Of a stretch of DNA of 64,000 nt, positions 63,945-64,000 are shown one piece after another. The position numbers were made by a program, and so were the translations under genes. The DNA is from Octopus bimaculoides (Eukaryota): the NCBI RefSeq assembly GCF_001194135.2, contig NC_068989.1:38455181-38519180 (forward strand), in the 5' to 3' direction. A model generated the notes under the pieces. It had not been told where the DNA came from and did no database searches. It worked only from the letters and a program-made list of their open reading frames with translations. Within the stretch, counting starts at the first letter, position 1. Every line of letters begins with the position of its first letter.

Positions 63945-64000
63945 CTCCATTGTATATTGTGTATATATACCTATGTGTATTGGAGAAAATTTTTTTCTAC

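Overview
This is AT-rich, repeat-dense eukaryotic genomic DNA from a gapped short-read scaffold with seven N-gaps. The SINE and LINE families I recognise point to a coleoid cephalopod, probably Octopus; this is an inference and no database search was run. Only one host coding exon is supportable: 54741-55386 (+), the N-terminal part of a type II membrane M1-family aminopeptidase of the ERAP/LNPEP type. The exon is spliced at both ends, and its partner exons were not found. The rest of the window is a transposon graveyard. It holds R4/Dong-type, RTE and CR1/L2-type LINE remnants, Tc1/mariner-type transposons (an Hsmar1-like copy nested in a Tc1, two DD37D copies, an irritans-like end), several tRNA-derived SINE families, MITE/foldback hairpins, and mini- and microsatellites. 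The most interesting observations are: (1) an inverted pair of minimal hammerhead-ribozyme motifs at 15797-15837 (-) and 16213-16253 (+), typical of Penelope-like terminal repeats; (2) a 58-nt pre-miRNA-like hairpin kept in both copies of an old tandem duplication (833-890 and 2607-2664); (3) all three R4/Dong fragments sit head-to-head with the same SINE family across (TAA)n-type tracts; (4) RTE 3'-end copies recur in antisense, self-complementary pairs, and several long hairpins could be dsRNA/ADAR substrates. There is no CRISPR array, rRNA or true tRNA gene. Most ORFs in the supplied track are microsatellite, N-gap or antisense artefacts. Coordinates of decayed repeats are approximate.
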